The position numbers and the translations under genes were made by a program. A DNA stretch of 64,000 nt, from the NCBI GenBank assembly GCA_043827405.1, contig JBDRPD010000066.1, positions 32,001 to 96,000 on the forward strand, given 5' to 3'. Shown here piece by piece: positions 1 to 8,601 of this stretch (position 1 is the stretch's first letter; the number at the start of each line of letters is the position of its first letter). The notes beneath the pieces are model-generated. The model was not told where the DNA came from and ran no database searches. It worked only from the letters and a program-made list of their open reading frames with translations. The stretch is from Elusimicrobiota bacterium. Lineage in GTDB: Bacteria > Elusimicrobiota > Elusimicrobia > UBA1565.

Positions 1-33
1 TTATTGTAGCAACTAAATTCGGTATTTGCGCTG

Positions 34-116
34 GGGCCATGTGGTCCCTTTTGTATGGGTAACCAGGTCCGTTTTTCTCGGGTCTATTACCCTTTTGGCG
101 TTAGGCCATGCGGTTC
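34..116 (+). promoter_or_regulatory. Array of four imperfect palindromic boxes (RGGNC-N4-GNYCY-like), exact 23-bp period, upstream of glgA
   Basis: GGGCCATGTGGTCC (34), GGGTAACCAGGTCC (57), GGGTCTATTACCCT (80), AGGCCATGCGGTTC (103); TATAAT at 140-145. Confidence 0.6.
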
Positions 117-152
117 AGGTCGCCACACTTTGAGGTGGGTATAATTGAAATA

Positions 153-2093
153 ATGATCCGCGCAATGCTTTGCCTGCTGCTGCTGGGGCAGCCGATTCAA
201 GCCGCCGTTTTGCGCGCGCCCGTGCGGATAAACGCGGGAGCCGGTGTCGCGGGCTCCGCCGGCGCGGCGGTCGGCGCACCGATTTCACCGAGCGGGCTTA
301 CCCGGCAGACCATGCTTAATACCGCAGCGGCCTTGCCCTCGGTCGATTTGCCGAAGACGTCGGTAGCTCCGGCGATCCAAGCCAAAGTCGCAGCGAAGCA
401 GCCCGAGGTCAAGACGGAGGCGCTGCCCAAGGCCGGCGGCGTAGAGACGGGAAGCGCGCGGACGTCGGCGGTCAGGTCCGCGGTGCGCGGCGATAAGAAA
501 GGAGAAAAGGGCGTCCTGCCGGAGGGGGCCTTTGCGGATCATTCCGAGGAATTGACGCGGCCGCGGCCCGGGCTGCTGGGCGCGGGTTTGAAAGCGGCGG
601 CTGATGCCGAATGGATGCGGCTTATGGGTGAGGCGCATAAGCCGCTCAATATTCTCATGGCCGCGGGCGAGGCGTATCCCTTCGTTAAGACGGGGGGGCT
701 GGCTGATGTCGTCGATGATGTCAGCCGCGGCTTGGCCGCTCGCGGCCATCATGTCACTCTCGTGCTGCCGAAATACGCGGATATCAGCGAGGAGCAGTTC
801 GGCATGAAGCGCCTGCCCGGCGCCTTCGGCGTTCCTGTCGGAGATCATGTCGAGACCGCGCGGCTGTGGCGGGCGGAGCATGAAGGCGTAGAGGTCTTAT
901 TCGTTGAGAACGAGGAGTATTTCGGCCGCCGCGGCGCCTACGGGCATATGGGCTACGATTATGTGGACAATGACTCGCGCTACATTTTCCAATCGCGTGC
1001 GACGCTGGAAGCGGTGCGCTTCCTCGAGCGGCAGGTGGATGTGGTGCATGTGCACGACTGGCAGGTCGGGCTCATCCCCGCCTATCTCAAACTGATCTAC
1101 AATGCGGATCCGCTGTTCTCCGCTGCGCGTTCGGTGATGACCATCCACAATTTGGCGTATCAGGGATTTTTCCACAAGGACACTTTGCTGCGGGCGGGCT
1201 TCTCCATGAAGGACTATACGTTCGATAAGCTGGAGTATTATGGGAACTTCAGCTTCCTCAAGGCGGGCCTCGCCTTTGCCGACGCGCTCACCACGGTGAG
1301 TCCGACCTACGCTAAAGAGATTCAGACCGAGGAGTTCGGTCACGGCATGCACGGTTTGCTCAGTAATCGCAAAAAGGACCTCGTCGGGGTTCTTAACGGG
1401 ATTGATTTGGACGCTAATGATCCGCGTACCGACAAGGTGCTGGAGGAGCAGTACGGTTCCGATACGGTCGCGAGCGGGAAAGCGAAGAACAAGGCCGCGC
1501 TGCAGCAGGCGTCGGGGCTGGCGGTGGACCCGGGGGTTCCGATCTTCGGCGTCGCTTCCCGGCTGGCAGGGCAGAAGGGGATTGACCTGATCGCCGAATC
1601 GATCGACAAGATCGTCAAACTCGGCGCCCAGGTTTACATTATCGGCTCCGGCGAGTCGGACCTTGAGGACGCGATTGACCGCATGGTGCGCCGATTTCCG
1701 AAGAACGTGCACCGCCACGGCTTCGACACGGCGTTTGTGAAAATGGTTTACGCCGCGAGTGATTTTCTGCTTATGCCGTCGCGCTTCGAGCCTTGCGGGC
1801 TGTCGCAGCAGCTGGCCCAGCGTTATGGGACTTTGCCTATCGCCAGCAGGACCGGCGGTCTCGCCGATACGATAATCGACGTGAGAGATAATCCGCGGCG
1901 CGGCGACGGTTTCTTCATCCGCGACCTTACCGTTGCCGCCATCGTGGAAACGGTTAAAGACGCCATCGCACACTTCCGGAACAAGAAAGTGCTGGCCCGT
2001 TCGCGCCGCGTCGCCATGCTCAAGAACATGTCCTGGGAGAGTTCCCTGAACCGCTACGTCGACCTTTACCGCAGTCTCCTGTCCCGGGAATAA
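153..2093 (+). CDS. glgA: Glycogen synthase (GT5) with ~165-aa N-terminal signal peptide/low-complexity extension
   Basis: KTGGLADV ADP-glucose motif, HVHDW, TIHNLAYQG, MPSRFEPCGLSQ, RTGGLADT. ORF track starts at 108; ATG 153 preferred because it lies 7 nt after TATAAT and begins a signal peptide. Confidence 0.93.
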   Translation: MIRAMLCLLLLGQPIQAAVLRAPVRINAGAGVAGSAGAAVGAPISPSGLTRQTMLNTAAALPSVDLPKTSVAPAIQAKVAAKQPEVKTEALPKAGGVETGSARTSAVRSAVRGDKKGEKGVLPEGAFADHSEELTRPRPGLLGAGLKAAADAEWMRLMGEAHKPLNILMAAGEAYPFVKTGGLADVVDDVSRGLAARGHHVTLVLPKYADISEEQFGMKRLPGAFGVPVGDHVETARLWRAEHEGVEVLFVENEEYFGRRGAYGHMGYDYVDNDSRYIFQSRATLEAVRFLERQVDVVHVHDWQVGLIPAYLKLIYNADPLFSAARSVMTIHNLAYQGFFHKDTLLRAGFSMKDYTFDKLEYYGNFSFLKAGLAFADALTTVSPTYAKEIQTEEFGHGMHGLLSNRKKDLVGVLNGIDLDANDPRTDKVLEEQYGSDTVASGKAKNKAALQQASGLAVDPGVPIFGVASRLAGQKGIDLIAESIDKIVKLGAQVYIIGSGESDLEDAIDRMVRRFPKNVHRHGFDTAFVKMVYAASDFLLMPSRFEPCGLSQQLAQRYGTLPIASRTGGLADTIIDVRDNPRRGDGFFIRDLTVAAIVETVKDAIAHFRNKKVLARSRRVAMLKNMSWESSLNRYVDLYRSLLSRE

Positions 2094-2125
2094 GCGCTGA
2101 AAAATAGTATTCTCCCCTCACCACT

Positions 2126-3277
2126 GTGACGAAGCGTGTTCTACCTGTAGTCGCTCTGTTGGCGCTGGGCAGCGTGGTCGGCTTGCTGCTGCTGGAAGGC
2201 CTGCTGCGTCTTGCCGGCGTTTCCTATCCGAACTTCTACGATTACGATTATGCTCGCGGCGGGGCTTTGCGTGCGGGCGCGGCGGGCTGGTGGACGCAGG
2301 AAGGACGCGCCTATATCGAGATCAGCCGCGACGGCCGGCGCGACCATGATTATCCCGAGCAGAAGCCGGCGGGGACGCTGCGCATCGCCGTTCTCGGCGA
2401 CTCTTATGCCGAAGCCCTGCAGGTCCCCGTCGAAGAGACTTTCTGGTCTGTCCTGGGCGGGCGGCTGGGAGCCTGCGGCGCGTTCAGCGGCCGCAAGGTT
2501 GAGGTTTTGAATTTCGGCGTCTCCGGCTACGGGACGGCGCAGGAATGGATCACCTTGCAGAAGCATGCCTGGCGCTATTCTCCGGATATCGTCGTGCTCG
2601 CTTTTGCCGCCGGCAACGATGTGCGCAACAACTCCCGGCAGCTCGACGGCGATCCGGTGCGCCCGTTTTACCTTTACCGCGACGGCAAGCTGGTTCTGGA
2701 TGAATCATTTAGAGAACATTCCCGCTTCCGGCGGGGGACTTCGGGCATCCGCCCGGTTCTGGGACGGTGGCGCAACCGTCTGCGTCTGCTGCAGGTCCTA
2801 TTTCGAATCAAAGACGTCGTGCGGGTTCGCCGCGAAGTGCGCTCGGCGGCGGAAACCGCCGCCGAACGGCCGGCCTTTGAGCCGGGGTTGGACGCCGCCG
2901 TCTTCGCGCCTCCCCAGGACGAAGCGTGGCGGGAAGCCTGGCGGGTCACTGAGGGCATTATCGCGGCGATGAACCGCGAGGTCGCCGCGCGCGGCGCCGA
3001 GTTCTGGGTTATGCTTGTCACCGCCGGCATCCAGGTGCGGCCGGAAGGCGCCCAGCCGCTCGACTATCCCAATCGCCGGCTGCTCGACTTGGGCCGGCGT
3101 GAAGGCTTCCCGGTGGTCGATCTCGCGCCGCCGCTGCGGGATTATGCGGAGAAACACAAGACGTTCCTCCACGGCTTCAGGGAGCAGGAATTGGGACGCG
3201 GACACTGGAATGCGCTGGGCCATCGTCTCGCCGGGGAAGAGGTCGCCCGCCGGCTTTGCGCGCGGAAAAATAAGTGA
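2126..3277 (+). CDS. SGNH/GDSL hydrolase family protein, membrane anchored
   Basis: N-terminal TM helix, LGDSY block I, NFGVSGYG block II, GND block III, GHWNALGH block V. Confidence 0.85.
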   Translation: MTKRVLPVVALLALGSVVGLLLLEGLLRLAGVSYPNFYDYDYARGGALRAGAAGWWTQEGRAYIEISRDGRRDHDYPEQKPAGTLRIAVLGDSYAEALQVPVEETFWSVLGGRLGACGAFSGRKVEVLNFGVSGYGTAQEWITLQKHAWRYSPDIVVLAFAAGNDVRNNSRQLDGDPVRPFYLYRDGKLVLDESFREHSRFRRGTSGIRPVLGRWRNRLRLLQVLFRIKDVVRVRREVRSAAETAAERPAFEPGLDAAVFAPPQDEAWREAWRVTEGIIAAMNREVAARGAEFWVMLVTAGIQVRPEGAQPLDYPNRRLLDLGRREGFPVVDLAPPLRDYAEKHKTFLHGFREQELGRGHWNALGHRLAGEEVARRLCARKNK

Positions 3278-3723
3278 TACGATACAGCGTGCGGCGGCGA
3301 GGGCGTTTGGGTTTTACCTTGATCGAGCTGATGATCGTGGTCGCGATCATCGGGATTCTCTCGCTGATCGCGCTGCCCAAGTTCGCCGATATGGTCCGCA
3401 AAGCCAAGGAGGGCGCGACCAAGGGCCGGCTCGGAGCGGTGCGCAGCGCGCTTATGATCTACTACGGCGACGCGCCGGGCTTTTTCCCGAATGATCCCTC
3501 GGTGTTGACCGCCGGAGCATCGTATCTTGACGCGTTCACCGCTGCCGAAACCCCGAACTATCACCCGAAATCGGCTGCGGTTGTGCTGGGCAGCGGTGCG
3601 GCGGCCCTCACCGATGCCGGCGGTTGGGGATATGTCAACGATGCGACGTCCCAGTGGTACGGGACCATCGTCGTGAACTGCACGCATACGGATTCCAAGG
3701 GATCCATCTGGACGGATTATTAA
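3274..3723 (+). CDS. Type IV pilin / pseudopilin
   Basis: Class III signal G|FTLIELMIVVAIIGILSLIALPKF; alternative start GTG 3289. Confidence 0.9.
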   Translation: MIRYSVRRRGRLGFTLIELMIVVAIIGILSLIALPKFADMVRKAKEGATKGRLGAVRSALMIYYGDAPGFFPNDPSVLTAGASYLDAFTAAETPNYHPKSAAVVLGSGAAALTDAGGWGYVNDATSQWYGTIVVNCTHTDSKGSIWTDY

Positions 3724-3743
3724 TATATGGGAGCGGAGTACCG

Positions 3744-4721
3744 ATGACTAAATATCAAACAGCTGCTTTTGCCGTCATCCTCACGATTCTGGCTGGCGGG
3801 CGATCCTTCGCCGAGAGCCCCGCGCGCTACGGCGTGGGCGTCTATGGCGGCGCCGCGCTGCCGATTATGGGTAAGCGGATACGTGAGATCACCGACAATG
3901 GCGGCCATATCGGATTCATCGTCCGCCGCAGCATGGCGCCGCGCTGGGAGGCGGCAATCTCCGTAGAACGGCTCAACGTACAGCGGGTGGACGTCACTCC
4001 CTTCTTGTTCTCCGCTATTTATACCTTCGCGCCCGAGGCGGTCGTCACTCCCGTCGCCCGGCTGGGCTTCGGCGTGGCGCGCGTTCACGGGGTCGGCGGA
4101 CCGACGGATATGGACGAGCGGCTGGCCTTCAAGCCAGGTATCGCTTTGGAGGGACGGATCAGCCGGGATTTCCGCTTAAGCGGCTACGCTGATTTCCTGT
4201 GGTCGCCTCAGGCGTCGCATGATGATAAGATTTTCGGCGCCTTTACTCCGGGAGTGTTGCTCACCTATTTTTTCGGCGCGACCAGCGCCGCGACGGTTAA
4301 GGCGCCGCCGGAACCGGTCGTTGAAGATTCTCCAGCGGACGAATCGCCGGCCGCTCTCCCGCCTGGAGAGAAGGTGCGGATCACGCTGAACGTCGAGTTC
4401 GATACGGACAAGTCCGAGGTTAAGGAGCAGTTTCGCGGCCGCATCAAGAAGGTCGCGGACTTCATGCAGGCCTACCCCGACACGACCGCGGAAATCGAAG
4501 GCCATACCGACAATGTCGGCGACGCCGCCTACAACCGGGCGCTGTCGGGCCGCCGCGCCGAAAGCGTGATGAGCTACCTGATCGAGGAGTTCGAGATCAA
4601 AGAGGAGCGCCTGTCTGCCGTCGGCTATGGCCCGGACCAGCCGGTCGCTTCCAATGCGACCAAGGCGGGACGCAGTCAGAACCGCCGCGTCGTGGCAACG
4701 CTGAGCGCCGTAAAGGAATAG
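3744..4721 (+). CDS. OmpA-family outer membrane protein (N-terminal beta-barrel + OmpA-C domain)
   Basis: Signal peptide from ATG 3744 (GGAG upstream); EGHTDNVG, NRALSGRRA, GRSQNRRV motifs. ORF track starts at 3624. Confidence 0.88.
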   Translation: MTKYQTAAFAVILTILAGGRSFAESPARYGVGVYGGAALPIMGKRIREITDNGGHIGFIVRRSMAPRWEAAISVERLNVQRVDVTPFLFSAIYTFAPEAVVTPVARLGFGVARVHGVGGPTDMDERLAFKPGIALEGRISRDFRLSGYADFLWSPQASHDDKIFGAFTPGVLLTYFFGATSAATVKAPPEPVVEDSPADESPAALPPGEKVRITLNVEFDTDKSEVKEQFRGRIKKVADFMQAYPDTTAEIEGHTDNVGDAAYNRALSGRRAESVMSYLIEEFEIKEERLSAVGYGPDQPVASNATKAGRSQNRRVVATLSAVKE

Positions 4722-4727
4722 CCGGAG

Positions 4728-5234
4728 CTACCGCCGCCGCAGGCGGCTCCTGGATATTCGGGGGCGCTTGCGAGTCAGCACCATGAAGGTGTGGGGCAGG
4801 GGCTCGGCGAATCTCTTCTGCTCGGTTACCGTATAGTCCGTCGGTTGGAACTCCGGGAAATATGCGTCGCCGATGAGTTCGTCGTGGATCAGGGTGAGGT
4901 ATATCCGGTCGGCGCGCTGGATGGCTCGCCGGTAGATTTCCTCGCCGCCGATGACAAAAACTTCGTCGCCTTTGGAGCGGCGGATGGCTTCATCAAAGGA
5001 ATGGACAACGACGGCGCCCTCCCGTTCGTATTTCCGGTCCCGCGTCATGATGATATTGGTGCGGTTGGGCAGCAGTTGGCCGATCGATTCGTAGGTTTTT
5101 CTCCCCATAATCACGGCATGTCCGGTCGTAATCCGCTTGAAGCGCTTCAAGTCCTCGCTGATATGCCAGGGGAGCCGGTTGTCCCGGCCGATCACGCGGT
5201 TTTCCGACATGGCGACGATGATGGATACGATCAT
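4728..5234 (-). CDS. folA: Dihydrofolate reductase
   Basis: VIGRDNRLPWH, MGRKTYESI, LPNR, VIGGEEIY; adjacent to thyA. Confidence 0.96.
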   Translation of the reverse strand: MIVSIIVAMSENRVIGRDNRLPWHISEDLKRFKRITTGHAVIMGRKTYESIGQLLPNRTNIIMTRDRKYEREGAVVVHSFDEAIRRSKGDEVFVIGGEEIYRRAIQRADRIYLTLIHDELIGDAYFPEFQPTDYTVTEQKRFAEPLPHTFMVLTRKRPRISRSRLRRR

Positions 5235-5236
5235 GC

Positions 5237-6031
5237 TCAGACCGCGATGGGCGCCTTGATGGCGGGATGGGGGGAGTAGCCGCTGATTTCCACGTCTTCG
5301 TATTTAAAGTGGGAAATATCGCGCACGTCAGGGTTGAGCCGGAGCGTCGGCGGCGTGCGCGGCTCGCGCGTGAGCTGGAGGCGCGCCTGTTCGAGGTGGT
5401 TGGAATACAGATGCGCATCGCCCAGCGTATGGACAAACTCTCCGGGCGTCAGGTCCGTCACCTGTGCGATCATCGCCGTTAGGAGAGCGTAGCTGGCGAT
5501 GTTGAAAGGAACGCCTAAAAAAACGTCGGCCGAGCGCTGATACAGCTGACAGGAAAGGCGGCCGTTCGCGACATAGAACTGGAACAGGGCATGGCATGGC
5601 GGCAGCGCCATCTTATCGAGCTCGGCCACGTTCCAGGCGGAGACGATGTGCCGGCGGGAATGCGGGTCCCGGCGGAGGCCGTCGACAACTCCCGCGATCT
5701 GGTCGATGGCGCCGCCGCCCGGCGCCGGCCAAGCGCGCCACTGACGGCCGTATACCGGGCCCAATTCGCCGTCGGCATCCGCCCATTCGTCCCAGATGGA
5801 GACCTGGTTGTCGCGCAGATATGCGATATTCGTGTCGCCGCGCAGAAACCAGATCAGCTCGTGGATGATCGAGCGGATATGACATTTTTTTGTGGTGACC
5901 AGCGGGAAGCCCGCGGCGAGATCGAAGCGCATTTGACAGCCGAATACGCCGCGCGTGCCGGTCCCCGTGCGGTCGGACTTCTCCGTACCGTGCGCCAGGA
6001 CATGCTGGAGCAGCTCAAGGTAGGGACGCAT
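5237..6031 (-). CDS. thyA: Thymidylate synthase
   Basis: DRTGTGT, LPPCH catalytic Cys, [18 protein letters not shown]. Confidence 0.98.
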   Translation of the reverse strand: MRPYLELLQHVLAHGTEKSDRTGTGTRGVFGCQMRFDLAAGFPLVTTKKCHIRSIIHELIWFLRGDTNIAYLRDNQVSIWDEWADADGELGPVYGRQWRAWPAPGGGAIDQIAGVVDGLRRDPHSRRHIVSAWNVAELDKMALPPCHALFQFYVANGRLSCQLYQRSADVFLGVPFNIASYALLTAMIAQVTDLTPGEFVHTLGDAHLYSNHLEQARLQLTREPRTPPTLRLNPDVRDISHFKYEDVEISGYSPHPAIKAPIAV

Positions 6032-6040
6032 GATCGCAAA

Positions 6041-7597
6041 TTATAGCTTAAGCGGAAGCGTCTCAATATTGCGCTGGATAAAGAGCACGCTCTCCGCCCC
6101 CAGCGGACGGCTGATGATGCGCTCAAACAGGCCGCGTAAGAGCTGGCCCGCGAAGCGCGCTCCGGCCTCGCCCTTGTCGACGGCCGCGCTTTCCCGCACC
6201 ACCGGCTCGTTCGCTTCCCACAGGAAGCTCTTTGTTCCGGTCTCCCACAGCGACAGCTTGCCGCCCACCTGGCGCTTGCCGTAAGCCCCGAGCATGATCT
6301 CCTCGAACTCCGTTATATGCCCGAACATCAGGCGCTGGGCGCCCAGCCATTGCGCGTACCTAACCTTTTGGCCTCCTTTGAGCTGTCCGCCCTGGGATAT
6401 CCCGTGCCCCCGCAGTTCTCTGTCGACCGCGTCCAGGTCGAGCATATTGTAGCCGCCGGCATGGAGCGATTTGTGCATGAGCTCCCTGAGGATGTCCGGT
6501 CCCTCGACGCTCGAGGTGACGTCCGAAAACGGCATGACCGCGGTGGGGGCGGCGAACCATTCAATGGCGGCTTGGGACCGCCGTCCCACGGCATCGAGCG
6601 CGCCCGCGAGCTCCTCGAGGATGCTCTGCCAATTTATTTCGCCGGCCGCCGGATCGCCGGCGGCGCTTTCCTGCGCTTTCCGGTACAGCCGATCGGCCTC
6701 CGCGAACTCCCGCCGCTTCTCCGCGGCGACGGCCAAGTTCATAAGGTCGCGCCAGCCGCCCTTGCCGGATTCCAGCCTTTCAGCCCAGAGTTCCGAGGCA
6801 CGTTCCCAGTCGCCGGCGAAGGCGGCTGAGCGCGCGGCAGCGGACAGGGGCTCCTCTTTGTCGGCGTTGATCATGCGTTTGCGCTCGATGACGGGCGTGC
6901 GCCCCAGTCCCTTGGCAATCTCCTGGGCGGCACGGGACAGGACCTGGCCCTCGATCTTGCGGTACCACTCGTCAGCCGAGGGTTTCTTTTGGGAGGTTTT
7001 ATATGAGGTGTCCGCCCCGGTAACGGTATGCGTTGATTCGTGGAGAACGCCGCCTCCAGGATGGACGACGAGGCGGGTTCGCAGCGTCAGGTGTGCGGTC
7101 AGCTTCCATTGCGTAGTCGTGCGCTTCTCGTATTTGCCTTCCTTGTTCTTGACCTGGGTTTCCGTCGATTCCTCTTTGATAGCGGTATGGAGCCGGGTAA
7201 AATCAACGCGCAGGATACCGGAAGGGCGCAGGCGTTCGAGAAACGGATCCGGGCCCGCGACGGAGGAAGGCATCGCCCGGTAGGCGATCAGATGCGCGCC
7301 GCGGCTGTCCAGCGTCTTGCCCAGCGCGCGCGCGAAATGTCCGGCGTCCACCCCGAACGAGATGCGCGCGCCCTGTCCGACTATGTCCTGAGCCTTGCTG
7401 AGGGCGCCGCCGATGAGGCTGCCGCTCAAGAGCGGGGGGCGGCCGACAACCAGGTACAGGTTCCCCAGTGAGCGGGACAGCTCGCGTCCCTGCGGCGTCT
7501 GCGGCTGCGGATAGGCGACGCGTACGCCGCTCGCCGCACAGCCGCATAGCAGGGCACCGCTCAGAACCGCCGGGACGGCGCGAAGGAAAGGGCTCAC
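6041..7597 (-). CDS. Lipoprotein with TPR-like helices and C-terminal DUF799/CsgG-like domain
   Basis: Lipobox LLCG|C; TPR-like segment (NLAVAAEKRREFAEADRLYRKA); AVMPFSDVT...FGHITEF pattern. Confidence 0.6.
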   Translation of the reverse strand: MSPFLRAVPAVLSGALLCGCAASGVRVAYPQPQTPQGRELSRSLGNLYLVVGRPPLLSGSLIGGALSKAQDIVGQGARISFGVDAGHFARALGKTLDSRGAHLIAYRAMPSSVAGPDPFLERLRPSGILRVDFTRLHTAIKEESTETQVKNKEGKYEKRTTTQWKLTAHLTLRTRLVVHPGGGVLHESTHTVTGADTSYKTSQKKPSADEWYRKIEGQVLSRAAQEIAKGLGRTPVIERKRMINADKEEPLSAAARSAAFAGDWERASELWAERLESGKGGWRDLMNLAVAAEKRREFAEADRLYRKAQESAAGDPAAGEINWQSILEELAGALDAVGRRSQAAIEWFAAPTAVMPFSDVTSSVEGPDILRELMHKSLHAGGYNMLDLDAVDRELRGHGISQGGQLKGGQKVRYAQWLGAQRLMFGHITEFEEIMLGAYGKRQVGGKLSLWETGTKSFLWEANEPVVRESAAVDKGEAGARFAGQLLRGLFERIISRPLGAESVLFIQRNIETLPLKL

Positions 7598-7624
7598 AAG
7601 GTTATTTCATACAATCTACCTCCC

Positions 7625-8593
7625 ATGGTCAAGCTCGCCCGCACCGACGGTCCCTCCTGGGCGCAGATTCTCGCCGCCAAGGAGCGCATCGGGTCCTGGA
7701 TTCATAAGACTCCGGTACTGACCTGCTCGGCGCTCGACCGCATGACCGGGGCGCGGCTGTACTTCAAGGCGGAAAACCTGCAGCGGACAGGCTCCTTCAA
7801 ATTTCGCGGCGCGTCCAACGCGGTGCTTAGTCTGGACGAGAAAGAGGCGAGGACCGGGGTCGCGACGCATTCCTCGGGCAACTTCGCGCAGGCGCTGGCT
7901 TTGGCTGCCAGGCTGCGGGGACTGCCCGCGTATATCGTCATGCCCGGCGACGCGCCCGCGACCAAGCGTGAGGCGGTCGAGGCATACGGCGGGATCGTGA
8001 CCGAGTGCGCTGCGAATCCGTTTTCCCGCGAGACGACGCTGGCGGCAGTCGTGCGGCGGACGGGCGCGGTATTCGTGCATCCTTACGATGATCCGGTGGT
8101 CATCGCCGGCCAGGGTACGGCGGCGCTGGAGCTGGTCAAGGAGATCCCGGATATGGACATGCTGGTCGCGCCGCTGGGCGGCGGCGGGCTGCTGTCCGGC
8201 ACCGCGATCGCCGCCAAGGGGCTGCGGCCGGACCTGCGGGTATTCGGCGCCGAGCCGGAGACGGCCGACGACGCGTATCAGTCCCTGGCGACGGGGCGGC
8301 TGGCGCCGCCGCGTCCCGGACGGACGGTAGCGGACGGGCTGCGAACGGGGCTGAGCGAGCGAACCTTCGCGATACTGCGTCGCGACCTCTCCGCGATTTG
8401 CCGGGTTTCGGACCGCGAGATCCTGCAGGCGATGCGGCTGCTCTGGGAGCGCGCAAAGACGGTGGTGGAGCCGTCCGGCGCCGCGGGGCTCGCCGCGGTA
8501 CTGCGGGAACGCGATACTTTCGCGGGAAGGAAAATCGGTATAATCCTGAGCGGTGGAAATATGGATTTTAAGCAGTTAAAGGACTGTCCCTGA
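7625..8593 (+). CDS. PLP-dependent serine/threonine dehydratase (serine racemase-like)
   Basis: KAENLQRTGSFKFRGA PLP lysine motif, SSGN, GGGGL, ILSGGN; no ACT domain. Confidence 0.92.
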   Translation: MVKLARTDGPSWAQILAAKERIGSWIHKTPVLTCSALDRMTGARLYFKAENLQRTGSFKFRGASNAVLSLDEKEARTGVATHSSGNFAQALALAARLRGLPAYIVMPGDAPATKREAVEAYGGIVTECAANPFSRETTLAAVVRRTGAVFVHPYDDPVVIAGQGTAALELVKEIPDMDMLVAPLGGGGLLSGTAIAAKGLRPDLRVFGAEPETADDAYQSLATGRLAPPRPGRTVADGLRTGLSERTFAILRRDLSAICRVSDREILQAMRLLWERAKTVVEPSGAAGLAAVLRERDTFAGRKIGIILSGGNMDFKQLKDCP

Positions 8594-8601
8594 GGTGCAA
8601 A

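Noticed and set aside
34..116. Replication iterons or CRISPR for the 23-bp periodic boxes
   Set aside because: Units are degenerate palindromes, not identical repeats; no rep or cas genes
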